Source: a virus (taxonomy: Duplodnaviria > Caudoviricetes). From it: a stretch of 38,981 nucleotides of DNA. Positions 18,825 to 27,763 of this stretch are shown one piece after another. Numbering within the stretch: position 1 is the stretch's first letter; the number at the start of each line of letters is the position of its first letter. A program made the translations under genes and the position numbers. Location: the IMG/VR virus record IMGVR_UViG_3300033481_000005, positions 1 through 38,981 of that record; one strand, written 5' to 3'. Under the pieces are notes generated by a model, which was not told the origin of the DNA, searched no databases, and saw only the letters and a program-made list of their open reading frames with translations.

Positions 18825-20744
18825 TTATCCAATGGCTGCCGGTGTGGCTCCCTCCGGCGAAAGGGCTGCCCCAGGTTGCACATCGGTAGGTAGCGTCATC
18901 GCCCCCATTGGCGACTCGGCCATACCCATGTCCAGAGGCGGTTGTTCTGCTACTTGTTGGGGCATTTCGTACGTCGCGGCGTCAGCTGGCTGCCCCTGTG
19001 CCGTCAAGATGTAGTAGGCGCAATTTTTCTCGAAGCGCCTAAGTAATGCAATGCGTCCCTCTGGGACATTGGTCATCAGCTGCGCGCGCCAACGAGTGGC
19101 CATGCACAGCTTCATCGCGAGCTTCAGATCCCACGTCGGTTCTGGGCATATCGCGATACCCTCTTCGAGAATCTTGTCCTCGATCGTCTGCAGCAGAAGC
19201 TCACGCATCGAGTTGCGGCGAGAAGCGGCTGTGTCGAGATCAGGCATCTGAATCAGCTCCTGCATCTCGGCAGGGTCAGTAACGATACCGAGCGCGCGAA
19301 GCTCTTCTAGGTCCTCGAGTTTCCCAGCAAGAGTCGTCGATAGATCAGACGCTGCCTTCATTGTTAGCGTGTACTCTTCGCGCGCCATTTTCACATCTTC
19401 GAAGTCGAAATACGTGATTCCGCGCGGGCCCGTGTGCTTTGCGCGCTTCGGGCGGTGCTCCCCCTCGAGCATCTCTTCAGCCTCGCAGATGATGTTCTCG
19501 GCAACATCAAGAATCATCTGCTCGCGGCGCAGGAAGATGTCGTGGATAGAGTCGTCGATCATATCGGCGTACGCGCGCAGTGACGGCGCAGAGTTGAGCC
19601 CCGCAGGCTTGAATCCCTGCGTTGCCATCTCACTCAGACCCGACTGCGCGAACATGCCGCTCTTCACGCGGTCGCAATGTTCGAACATCACTGGCGAGAT
19701 CGGGCTCGGTGTAACAATCTGCGGCGGGCCATATGTCGGGTTGTACTCGAGCATTCTGCCAATTTCGTTGGAGAAGTGGCTGGCAACGAACGAACCCGTT
19801 GGGGCCAGAACGAACGGTGCAGACAGCAGGTGCATCGCGTCGGATTTGTCGGCGTTCAGCCTGTTCAGCTCGAGCTGCATCGCCACTAGAGCCTGCACGA
19901 GTCCAATGCCGAACCACCCTGCGGGGGCAAGCATGAACCGCGACACTGCGAACGGGAACCTAGGGCGGCACCACTCGGAAGCGCTCAACACAACGTTCTC
20001 GACCGCAACGATGGTTCCGCCATCCTCGGCTTCCTCGTACGACGGTAGTCGCCACCCAGTAATGGTACGCACCATATCCGTGTCGAACTCGCCAGTCGCC
20101 AAGAACGCTACCTCAGGTGGCAACGCTCGAGCCTTCTCAATCTCGTCTGCCTTCTCTGGGTACAGCTTCATTAGCCGTCGGCGGTCAACGACCTGCTCTC
20201 GATAGATGTCGCGAGGGTCCCCACGCATTGCTGCCGCGGTGCTCACCTTGATCTCGTTGGGAGGAACCACGTCGCAGTAGATCTCGTCGCGCCTGCTCCC
20301 CGTATAGATGATGCCAGTTCCCTTGAGCAGCATCTGAGTGTCGCTGTCGCGCATCACCTCGTTGATGCGACACGCTTGCAGCTGCCCCCAGATCCACTTC
20401 TCAAGCTTCTTGGCCTTGCGCTGCAGACGCCAATCGGCGCCGTCCGTCAGCATCACAGGCTTGTTGCGTTGACGCGACAGCTTCGAGGCGAACGCACTGA
20501 CGATTCGTTGAATCACGTTCTCTCGAAGCGAGCTTTCAACGGTGCCGACGAGCAGATCGATCGTGCTTTCCCCCGCAACGAAACCCGCGTACGTCCTGTC
20601 GTAGTAGAGGGACTCAAAGAATGTGTCGAGCTCAGTGCGAACGCTCGCCTGACTCGAGGCGCTCTCAAAGCGCGACTTGAGACCGTTGAGTGCGTCCTGA
20701 CTCTCACGGTCCTCCTGCTCCCACCATGCGGCACTGAGCGACAT
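18825..20744 (-). CDS. Portal protein
   Basis: 639 aa; ENVIQRIV, LQRKAKKLE, GWFGIGLVQAL..MQLELN, SGLSEMATQG pattern of P22-like portals. Confidence 0.85.
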   Translation of the reverse strand: MSLSAAWWEQEDRESQDALNGLKSRFESASSQASVRTELDTFFESLYYDRTYAGFVAGESTIDLLVGTVESSLRENVIQRIVSAFASKLSRQRNKPVMLTDGADWRLQRKAKKLEKWIWGQLQACRINEVMRDSDTQMLLKGTGIIYTGSRRDEIYCDVVPPNEIKVSTAAAMRGDPRDIYREQVVDRRRLMKLYPEKADEIEKARALPPEVAFLATGEFDTDMVRTITGWRLPSYEEAEDGGTIVAVENVVLSASEWCRPRFPFAVSRFMLAPAGWFGIGLVQALVAMQLELNRLNADKSDAMHLLSAPFVLAPTGSFVASHFSNEIGRMLEYNPTYGPPQIVTPSPISPVMFEHCDRVKSGMFAQSGLSEMATQGFKPAGLNSAPSLRAYADMIDDSIHDIFLRREQMILDVAENIICEAEEMLEGEHRPKRAKHTGPRGITYFDFEDVKMAREEYTLTMKAASDLSTTLAGKLEDLEELRALGIVTDPAEMQELIQMPDLDTAASRRNSMRELLLQTIEDKILEEGIAICPEPTWDLKLAMKLCMATRWRAQLMTNVPEGRIALLRRFEKNCAYYILTAQGQPADAATYEMPQQVAEQPPLDMGMAESPMGAMTLPTDVQPGAALSPEGATPAAIG

Positions 20745-20989
20745 CAGACGTCACCCTTCCGTGCTTGCCTGAGAAGCGACGGAGGAATCGCTGCGCCAGG
20801 GAAAGCATTGGAGAGCGCATTGAACAGCAACTCACCGGGCTGCACTGCTGGAACCTCTCTGCGGGTTGGAACGTCCGGAGCCTTAGGAGTTAGCGTCACA
20901 ACGACTCCGTCGCACGAGAGCGACGTACACCTATCGAGCAGTCCCTGCTCTCTGAGCACCGCGATGGTTCGTTCGAATTGTTCGGGCAC
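20744..20989 (-). CDS. Small hypothetical, first gene of the late operon
   Basis: GTG start; TGATG coupling to portal. Confidence 0.65.
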   Translation of the reverse strand: MPEQFERTIAVLREQGLLDRCTSLSCDGVVVTLTPKAPDVPTRREVPAVQPGELLFNALSNAFPGAAIPPSLLRQARKGDV

Positions 20990-21032
20990 TCGGCTAGATT
21001 GGGGTGCTAACCTAGTCCGGACAATACTCAGT
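20990..21032. promoter_or_regulatory. Bidirectional control region: leftward TTGTCC-17-CAATCT-6-GTG; rightward GACAAT-7-GTG; CTAGATT-N8-AACCTAG dyad
   Basis: Spacings counted from the sequence. Confidence 0.55.
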
Positions 21033-22427
21033 GTGTCTCAGTACCTACCGCATCCACCATCCCCGAAGCAGCGGCTGTTCCTGTCCCTAACGTGCAGGGA
21101 TGCGATGTACGGAGGTTCCGCTGGATGCGGGAAATCCGATGCTCTGCTCGGAGCGGCACTGCAGGGCATCAACATTCCAGAGTACTCGGCAATCATATTC
21201 CGTAGGACTTTCAAGGACTTATCACAACCGAACGCACTCATGGATCGCGCCCATCAGTGGTGGGATAAGAGCGACGCGCGGTGGTGCGAGGAACTCAAAA
21301 CGTGGACATTCCCTTCGGGGGCACGCATCGGCTTCGGCTATATCGCCCACGAAAACGACCTCGCAAACTACCGCGGGCCTGAGTACCAGTTCATCGGGCT
21401 CGATGAGGCGACTCAGTTCGAGGGGCGGGTAATCCAGTTCCTTTTCTCGCGACTCCGTCGCAAGGCCAGCTTCCCCAAGTCGTTCCCGCTGCGCGTGCGG
21501 CTCGCCACCAATCCCGGAGGAATCGGGCACGACTTCATCTGCTCGCGGTACGGCATTGCGCAGGGGCAGGGATTCCCCCCGGGGAGCCCGCCACTCGTCA
21601 TCAGGCGTGAGGATGGCAGCGTCAGGCGGGTGTTCGTACCTGCCCATGCCGAGGACAATCCAGGGCTCGATTGGGAGGACTACCATAGATCGCTCGAGGA
21701 GCTCACACCGATCCAGGTCAAGCAGTTCCGCGATGGCATGTGGGTGCAAGACACGAGCGGGCTCGTCTACGAGACGGCCGAGTCTGCTGAGTACGTCGAC
21801 GAACTACCGCGCGGACACGAGTGGGAGTACGTGCTGGCCTTCGACATCGGCGCCACCAACAACGTTGCGCTCGCAATCTCGGCGTTCACCAGAGACTTGC
21901 CGGAGGTCTACATCACCGAAGTTACCGAGCCAGCGGGACTGAACAACGCAGCTGACCTCGGTGTGCATCTCGCCGCATTGAACAAGCTCTACCATTTCTC
22001 CCGCCTCGTTGGTGACCATGGCGGACTCGGCAAGGGGTACATCGACGAGTTCCGTAAGTACTTCTCGCTTCCAGTTGAGAACGTCCAGAAGACGGACAAG
22101 CGCGGCTACATCGCGCTGTTCAACGGCGCGGTCTCAACCGGCATGGTCCGTTTCGTCCGGCGAGGCACAGCGACTTGGACTGAGCAGGCGACGAAGCTCC
22201 TTTGGAAGAACGAGAAGCGCCTTGAGGAGATGCCCGGAATGCGCAACCACTCGTGTGACGCTGTGCTCTATTCGTGGCGCGAGGCGCGACACTACACGGT
22301 TGAGAGACGGAAGAACGCTGTTACCTTGGCTGACCCGATTGAGCGCGCAGAGGTTGAGCGTCTGCAGCGTGCAGCAGGCGACATGCGGCGTAACGGAATG
22401 GCGTTCCCTCGCAGCATGATGCGGTAG
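21033..22427 (+). CDS. terL: Terminase large subunit
   Basis: SPKQ, YGGSAGCGKS (Walker A), IIFRRT, IGLDEATQF (Walker B), ATNPGG, AFDIG and NHSCDA nuclease motifs; start inferred at GTG 21033. Confidence 0.95.
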   Translation: MSQYLPHPPSPKQRLFLSLTCRDAMYGGSAGCGKSDALLGAALQGINIPEYSAIIFRRTFKDLSQPNALMDRAHQWWDKSDARWCEELKTWTFPSGARIGFGYIAHENDLANYRGPEYQFIGLDEATQFEGRVIQFLFSRLRRKASFPKSFPLRVRLATNPGGIGHDFICSRYGIAQGQGFPPGSPPLVIRREDGSVRRVFVPAHAEDNPGLDWEDYHRSLEELTPIQVKQFRDGMWVQDTSGLVYETAESAEYVDELPRGHEWEYVLAFDIGATNNVALAISAFTRDLPEVYITEVTEPAGLNNAADLGVHLAALNKLYHFSRLVGDHGGLGKGYIDEFRKYFSLPVENVQKTDKRGYIALFNGAVSTGMVRFVRRGTATWTEQATKLLWKNEKRLEEMPGMRNHSCDAVLYSWREARHYTVERRKNAVTLADPIERAEVERLQRAAGDMRRNGMAFPRSMMR

Positions 22428-22526
22428 TTGCTGGATTGCCGGATTGCCAAATTGACCAATCTGTCAAACTGGTACCCGTTTGGCTTGGCGCCGTTGTACC
22501 CATTGATGCTCGCGCAACAGACAACC

Positions 22527-22557
22527 AGAAATGCAAAAGGCCAGCGGCAACTGGCCT
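22527..22557 (-). terminator. Intrinsic terminator (second of a tandem pair)
   Basis: aggccag/ctggcct stem followed on the minus strand by tttgcatttct. Confidence 0.7.
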
Positions 22558-22596
22558 CGTGCATTCAAATGCGAACACTCGCGCAATCTGTAGCAC

Positions 22597-22629
22597 AAGA
22601 AACGCGAAAGCCCACCTATTGGGCGGGCT
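22597..22629 (-). terminator. Intrinsic terminator ending the middle operon
   Basis: agcccgccc/aggtgggct stem followed on the minus strand by ttcgcgtttctt. Confidence 0.7.
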
Positions 22630-22703
22630 CTCAACGTAACTCCGGGGGCGGTCAACAGATTGTGGTGAACGGTGGGATTGGTATACACCATCCCACACAC
22701 GCG

Positions 22704-23180
22704 TCAAGAGCCTGAGTCTAGGCTTTGGAATTTGCTCGCGAATCCATCTTCCAACTTGCTCAGCTGCATGACGATTGCCTTGGTGCGAACGAAATCTGGA
22801 TTGGTCTCGTCGCCTGTGATGGCGAGCCTGAACCCAGCCAGAGCCCCGCGCCGGTACACTTCGTCGTGGGGCTCTATTCCGGCGATCCATTGTGGACTGT
22901 TCACGAACTCTGGATTGGTTTCTGCGAGTTTGCTCACCAGCTCCTCGAAGTAGTCATCCCCGCGCTTGAATGTGATGGCGACAGCGAATCCTTCAAGCTT
23001 CCCGTTCAGAAGTACTTCGTCGAACGCGTCAGTGATTGCGTTCAGAGCTTCGGTGCGCACCGTACGAAGTTCTGGCGCACATACGCTAAGCCGTTCAAGC
23101 AATCGCAGTCTCGCCTGCGAGAAGCCCTCGTCGAACTCCGTGGTCGTTACATCAGTCTTCTCATCATCGTCACTATTCAT
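22704..23180 (-). CDS. Hypothetical protein with internal repeat
   Basis: GxLxGFxxAIT...ETNPxFV occurs twice; ATGA coupling. Confidence 0.65.
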   Translation of the reverse strand: MNSDDDEKTDVTTTEFDEGFSQARLRLLERLSVCAPELRTVRTEALNAITDAFDEVLLNGKLEGFAVAITFKRGDDYFEELVSKLAETNPEFVNSPQWIAGIEPHDEVYRRGALAGFRLAITGDETNPDFVRTKAIVMQLSKLEDGFASKFQSLDSGS

Positions 23181-23407
23181 GGTAACTTACCTTTCTTCAG
23201 ATTCATTGCCGCGGAACCGTAGGCTAGCGCATCAAACATGTGCTGATTCCAGCCAGCTCGCGAGGCACTATAGATTTCGCGCAAGAACTCGCCCTCTTCC
23301 GTGTTGTCCCAGAACGACATTCGACGTATCGCGGCGACAGCTTCGCGCATCTTTCGTTCGCGTTCGATCTCGACGAGCAGGTGGTCAAGTATCAGTGCGC
23401 AGTTCAT
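23177..23407 (-). CDS. Hypothetical protein
   Basis: ATGA overlaps at both ends. Confidence 0.65.
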   Translation of the reverse strand: MNCALILDHLLVEIERERKMREAVAAIRRMSFWDNTEEGEFLREIYSASRAGWNQHMFDALAYGSAAMNLKKGKLP

Positions 23408-23958
23408 TGTCTGGTACCAGCCTTCACGTCCAGCGAGTACCTATCGTGGTACGCAGGGACATCAGCGACGCACACGACGTTCACGCCAGCGCGGCGAAGT
23501 TTCTCAACGGCTCCAATCTTCCTATCGATCAACGCGAACATGAAATCGACACCAATGCCGTGTTTGGCAAGCGTGTCTACCGCACGCAGCGCTGAGCTGC
23601 CAGTTGTAAGGACATCCTCGACGAGGAACATTCGCGCCTCATCACCGACCAGGTTGCAGATGTCGTGCGGAGCATTCCCAGTAAACACCTTCTCAACTCC
23701 GCGCGTTACGTCAGGGAAAAACTGCTGCAGCTTAGCGCCGCCGTTCATGACGAATGCACCAACAGCTCGAGGGTCGAACTTCGCGAGGTGCTCCCTGAAG
23801 TACCGGACCATCTTCTGCGTATGGTCGAACGACTCCTCATTTCCTCTCTCAAACAGTCTCAACGCATTCACCCGCTTCGCAAGCATCCCATTCACAAGGC
23901 GTACCGTTTCGTCGACCGTCACCGCATCAGCAATAATCTGTTCCGTCACCCGTAGCAT
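23404..23958 (-). CDS. Type I phosphoribosyltransferase, PyrE (orotate PRTase)-like
   Basis: FLVEDVLTTGSS PRPP-binding loop; ALIDR..GAVEKL...GV C-terminus. Confidence 0.8.
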   Translation of the reverse strand: MLRVTEQIIADAVTVDETVRLVNGMLAKRVNALRLFERGNEESFDHTQKMVRYFREHLAKFDPRAVGAFVMNGGAKLQQFFPDVTRGVEKVFTGNAPHDICNLVGDEARMFLVEDVLTTGSSALRAVDTLAKHGIGVDFMFALIDRKIGAVEKLRRAGVNVVCVADVPAYHDRYSLDVKAGTRQ

Positions 23959-23959
23959 C

Positions 23960-24154
23960 TCAACCTTCCTTCTCTTCGTTCGCATTCACGTAGTAGTCGA
24001 GTAGATTCCGCGCATCCTCCAGCGTGGAACCAGCTGGCTCAAGCTCTGAGTTGTTCGTTGCTTGCATTATCTCGTTCAGAGCCACGCGAGTGACATCTAT
24101 CACAGCGATGCACGAACGAACCCTCCTAGCTTCCTCTGCCTTTGACAGTTGCAT
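23960..24154 (-). CDS. Hypothetical protein
   Basis: Coupled to upstream stop. Confidence 0.55.
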   Translation of the reverse strand: MQLSKAEEARRVRSCIAVIDVTRVALNEIMQATNNSELEPAGSTLEDARNLLDYYVNANEEKEG

Positions 24155-24480
24155 CACATGCTCTTCTTCCCATGCTTCGTCGCGATGTGGTTGCCGAGCC
24201 CCTGGCTCGACGCAAAGAACTGACCGCAGTGTTCGCATTTGAACTCCGATGCCTGCTCCCACGCAGACTGCGATGTGTCATCTGGCTCATAGCTTACGTA
24301 CACGGCGACGCGAACGCTTCCCCTTATTCTGCATCGAGCGTTGTGAGAATTCGGGAACACGACGAGCTCTTTGACGAACCCTGCGACCCATTCGTCACCG
24401 ATGTTCCCGCGCTCGTCAATCGTCTCCTTCGACGTCGCAAGTCTCACTCGCTTTGCTACTACGATTTTCTCGCTCGACAT
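24154..24480 (-). CDS. Protein with C-terminal classical C2H2 zinc finger
   Basis: FKCEHCGQFFASSQGLGNHIATKH = C-x2-C-x3-F-x5-L-x2-H-x4-H. Confidence 0.75.
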   Translation of the reverse strand: MSSEKIVVAKRVRLATSKETIDERGNIGDEWVAGFVKELVVFPNSHNARCRIRGSVRVAVYVSYEPDDTSQSAWEQASEFKCEHCGQFFASSQGLGNHIATKHGKKSM

Positions 24481-25006
24481 TCAGATTCTCCGGATCATCG
24501 AGGTACGGCATTGGCAGTCCCTCGGGTGGTGGTGGTGTCCAGCCGGCGGCAATCAGCTTCTGCACCGTGTCCAGCCGGTTGTCGTTTCCGCTTGGGAGTA
24601 CGTCGCGCTTCAAGGTCACCTGCATGCACAATTCAGCGACCTTTGAGAATGCGACGATTGCCTCGCGGGGCCTATCGTTGTCGCGGCACTCATGTCCGAG
24701 CGACAGCAACTCGTCAACAGCTTCACCGAAGGTGCGAAGCACCTCCGACACGTTGACCGAACCCTGCACCGTTCGGCTCGCCTCAGCGCAGATGTCGTGC
24801 ACATTCGACGCGGACAGGCTCCAGATTGGTGCCAGCTCCTTGGCTGTCTTACCGCGTCGAAACTCTCCGGTGGCCATCAGCTTGGCGACGTACTCCACGC
24901 GTTCTGAGCGTGTCCTGGCGTCGCGCGCGCGCGCATGAACAGCGCACAGCTGACTGGGCGGACTCTTCTCCTGCCCAATCTGTGCTGTGCGCCCTTGTCT
25001 ACTCAT
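24416..25006 (-). CDS. HTH protein, probable terminase small subunit
   Basis: N-terminal HTH (TAKELAPIWSLSASNVHDI), then oligomerisation-type helices and a disordered tail. Confidence 0.55.
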   Translation of the reverse strand: MSRQGRTAQIGQEKSPPSQLCAVHARARDARTRSERVEYVAKLMATGEFRRGKTAKELAPIWSLSASNVHDICAEASRTVQGSVNVSEVLRTFGEAVDELLSLGHECRDNDRPREAIVAFSKVAELCMQVTLKRDVLPSGNDNRLDTVQKLIAAGWTPPPPEGLPMPYLDDPENLNVERENRSSKASETCDVEGDD

Positions 25007-25045
25007 GTAGGTCTGCCGTTCAGTCTAGCAATAAACTCTGCGGAA

Positions 25046-26047
25046 TCAACCTGTTGGGAGCTTGCGGAATGAAACAGCGTAGCGGCCACGTTCGAGCACT
25101 GGATTGGCGCGGAACAAGAACGATTCTCCATCGAATCGCGCCAGAGTTGTCATCTTCGGATCGAAGCGCTCAACGCATGCAAGCATTGCATCGCGCTCCT
25201 CTTTGCTTCTGGGGACCCTCCCAATTGCTATCCCACAGTCCTTAGTTAGCAGCAGTGTGCAATCTACCTCCGAACTCCAGTAGCACCCGTCCGGTGGCAA
25301 AACCTCAGGCGCCTTAGGCTTCTCCTTGTCTGGCCTGCAATTCTCAACGAACGCAAGAGCCGCCTTTAGCACCTCATCGTCGGTTGGATACGTTACATAC
25401 CCGTTTCCTGGTGAGTCAATCCTTCCAACGGCGTAATCCGACATGCTGCGAACCCTCCTCATGATCGTTAGGTGCGTATCGCTGCGCCGAAGATAGAAAA
25501 AAAACCCACTGCTGTCGGTTTGCCCGAACTTAGCAATTACGTTGTCAGAAGGCATCCACCCGGGCATCACTTCTTCTGGTTTAGCTGGCTCTTGTTTCTC
25601 TCCCGGCGTCAGCTCTTCGATCTTGTACCGAACCGACTTCGGAGTTTGGCCTTCGCATTCGACCGGGATGAAGAATCCTTTGACTTTGCCGGGCTCCCCT
25701 TGCTGATACATTGGAACAGTGGACTGCTCTCCTCCCCACTTTCTTGGTGCGTCGAGCCTATGCTTTTCCCTAAGAGCGCCATAGGCGATTGCGCAGCCGT
25801 GAACGAATTCCTTCGCAATCGATATGATCCTGCTGTTATCGAGGAGCTTTTCACTGCAACCTTCTGCGATTGTTTCGATCACGGTGCCTTCAATTTCGCA
25901 AACTACATTCCCGATGTATTCTCGATTGCCTGATTCGTTGATACGGAAAACAGCGTTGTGTCCTGGAAATCTTCCAAGGAATGTCTTCGATGGCGACTTG
26001 TTGAAACGCTCGCATTCTTCCTGCGAGCAAACGAACTTCTCTTTCAC
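25046..26047 (-). CDS. Hypothetical protein (333 aa)
   Basis: Long ORF packed in the operon; no motif recognised. Confidence 0.65.
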   Translation of the reverse strand: MKEKFVCSQEECERFNKSPSKTFLGRFPGHNAVFRINESGNREYIGNVVCEIEGTVIETIAEGCSEKLLDNSRIISIAKEFVHGCAIAYGALREKHRLDAPRKWGGEQSTVPMYQQGEPGKVKGFFIPVECEGQTPKSVRYKIEELTPGEKQEPAKPEEVMPGWMPSDNVIAKFGQTDSSGFFFYLRRSDTHLTIMRRVRSMSDYAVGRIDSPGNGYVTYPTDDEVLKAALAFVENCRPDKEKPKAPEVLPPDGCYWSSEVDCTLLLTKDCGIAIGRVPRSKEERDAMLACVERFDPKMTTLARFDGESFLFRANPVLERGRYAVSFRKLPTG

Positions 26048-26074
26048 GTTACCGATTCCTTTCTATGTTCGAGC

Positions 26075-26413
26075 CTACTGCATGTCGTAGCAAACATCGC
26101 ACTGATTCGAGATGTACGATTCAACCTCTTCGACGGTGTACTCACCGACAACGTACACCTCCTCTTCCGCCCCGTAGCATCCGTACGTTTCTTGCGACAG
26201 GACGCACTGCTGTGTCTCGGTGTCGAAGCGCGCCACCCTGAACTCTCCGATGATTCGATTGCATCCTTGGTACGGAACCGGGACTGCGTGTTCAAACTCG
26301 CACGCGTCGACCGACTGCACTTCTTCGGTAGCGATTGGCTCGCACCCGAACAAGTAGAACAGCGCCAGAATTGCTCCGATAACAAACGACACGAACATCC
26401 AATACTTTATCAT
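26075..26413 (-). CDS. Cys-rich lipoprotein (paralogue of 37170-37478)
   Basis: GAGGA SD; MIKYWMFVSFVIGAILALFYLFG-C lipobox. Confidence 0.75.
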   Translation of the reverse strand: MIKYWMFVSFVIGAILALFYLFGCEPIATEEVQSVDACEFEHAVPVPYQGCNRIIGEFRVARFDTETQQCVLSQETYGCYGAEEEVYVVGEYTVEEVESYISNQCDVCYDMQ

Positions 26414-26610
26414 CGAGTCCTCCTGTTCCTTCTGCTTGTAGCCCATCGTCTCGCGTCAACCGGGAGCACTTCCCAACCGCTTGGCCCTTTCGAAAGTAGC
26501 CCTATGCCATGGCGCACCTCCAATTCCTTCGTCTCTGCGACATACGACCTTCCGCGTTCGTACGTTGACAGACGCGGGACTCCTGCACCAGTGCTTTTGC
26601 GCATCACCAT
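26410..26610 (-). CDS. Hypothetical protein
   Basis: Fills the gap with stop/start overlaps. Confidence 0.5.
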   Translation of the reverse strand: MVMRKSTGAGVPRLSTYERGRSYVAETKELEVRHGIGLLSKGPSGWEVLPVDARRWATSRRNRRTR

Positions 26611-27182
26611 CCGAATGCACCTTGAGACGAACCTATCGCGCTGTCTATCTCTTCGACATCACGTCGCACCTCGGCAGACTTCATCCTTTCGGAGTAGAGC
26701 GTTGGCCGCGGCGGATTGCGTCCGCTCGCAACAGCTTTCCCGTAGCGATGCATCACAAACCAATCACTGAGCTCCTCCCAAGAGCATGACTCCGGAGCTT
26801 CGTATAGGTACGCCTGCGCAGTTGCGCGCGAGTCGTTTTTCTGCTGTTGCGTGTAGCCTAAGTTGCCAGCGAGCGCCTCCTTAGCGAGAGACACGAGTCT
26901 CGCCTTTTCTTTTTCTCGCTGCACTCCTCTGTCGATTTCCTGCGCCTTTTCTATGTCGGCCTGGAACTCCTGCCCGCGGAACCACAGGCGCGCAAGGAAC
27001 CCGCGCGTGCGCGTCGGTACGGTAGCGATTAGCTGTAGCTCCTCGAATGACCCGCGCTTCGGCCTGAACCTAGACGTTCTCACACGTTCTGCAAATTCCT
27101 CGTCGTACGGGAAGTGCTTATTAGCCCAATCGAGCCAAGCTTCGTCGGAGTCAGTCAACGGCTTCGCTGGTATCTCCGTCAT
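26604..27182 (-). CDS. Hypothetical protein
   Basis: ATGA-coupled start MTEIPAK. Confidence 0.6.
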   Translation of the reverse strand: MTEIPAKPLTDSDEAWLDWANKHFPYDEEFAERVRTSRFRPKRGSFEELQLIATVPTRTRGFLARLWFRGQEFQADIEKAQEIDRGVQREKEKARLVSLAKEALAGNLGYTQQQKNDSRATAQAYLYEAPESCSWEELSDWFVMHRYGKAVASGRNPPRPTLYSERMKSAEVRRDVEEIDSAIGSSQGAFGW

Positions 27183-27295
27183 AGTTTGCGCTCCCGAATC
27201 AGCACGCAACCATTCTCCGGTGCAAGTGCAGTATGCTTCGGGTGCTTCCCCAGCCACTTCACAACGAACCACGTCGGACAATTCCCGTTCTTCAT
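27179..27295 (-). CDS. 38-aa hypothetical protein
   Basis: ATGA overlaps at both ends. Confidence 0.5.
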   Translation of the reverse strand: MKNGNCPTWFVVKWLGKHPKHTALAPENGCVLIRERKL

Positions 27296-27591
27296 CGTTT
27301 CACCGCCTTCAGAATCAACCTGTGCCGCCGCATGTACGCCGTACCGATGCGGCAACGCATCATATCGCAATCGCACACAGGCGCAAGCCTTTCGAGCTTG
27401 TTCGTTATGACCGTATCAAGCGACGTGAATCGCATCGCCATTTTTGAGATGCGCACAGTTCCTACGATTTCCGAATTGCGCTCGCATCTTGCACACTTGA
27501 ATCTGCCGCGGACGTCTACCCAGTACTCTTCCTGGTTTCCGTTGAACCCGCTACTAAGCTCCGTGTACCCAGTCATCACCATCTTCGACAT
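27292..27591 (-). CDS. Cys-rich putative zinc-binding protein
   Basis: GAGGAG SD; CARC and CDCDxxxC. Confidence 0.6.
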   Translation of the reverse strand: MSKMVMTGYTELSSGFNGNQEEYWVDVRGRFKCARCERNSEIVGTVRISKMAMRFTSLDTVITNKLERLAPVCDCDMMRCRIGTAYMRRHRLILKAVKR

Positions 27592-27595
27592 CGTA

Positions 27596-27763
27596 CTATT
27601 CTCCTCGCTTTCTCAGTGCGTCAGTGAACACTGGTGGGTTAGCCTCGAACAGTGAACCGCACTCACAGTCTGCACACCTCGGGTCTCCCTTTACGAATTC
27701 ATGCGCGCAGTCGATACAATACAGGAACACATCCAGGTGACGCTCGTCGCAAACCGGAATCAC
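27596..27763 (-). CDS. 55-aa zinc-ribbon-like protein
   Basis: MIPVCDERHLDVFLYCIDCAHEF...CADCECG; GTGA overlap and GAGG SD. Confidence 0.55.
   Translation of the reverse strand: MIPVCDERHLDVFLYCIDCAHEFVKGDPRCADCECGSLFEANPPVFTDALRKRGE

Noticed and set aside
5942-20205. Numerous long plus-strand ORFs opposite the structural genes
   Set aside because: These are shadow ORFs typical of high-GC coding DNA, with no motifs.
20376-21032. N-terminal extension of the 683-aa terL ORF
   Set aside because: It is antisense to the portal and the small gene; terminase motifs begin only after ~21033.
20980-22710. Invertible segment carrying terL
   Set aside because: No matching inverted repeats at the two junctions and no recognisable invertase.
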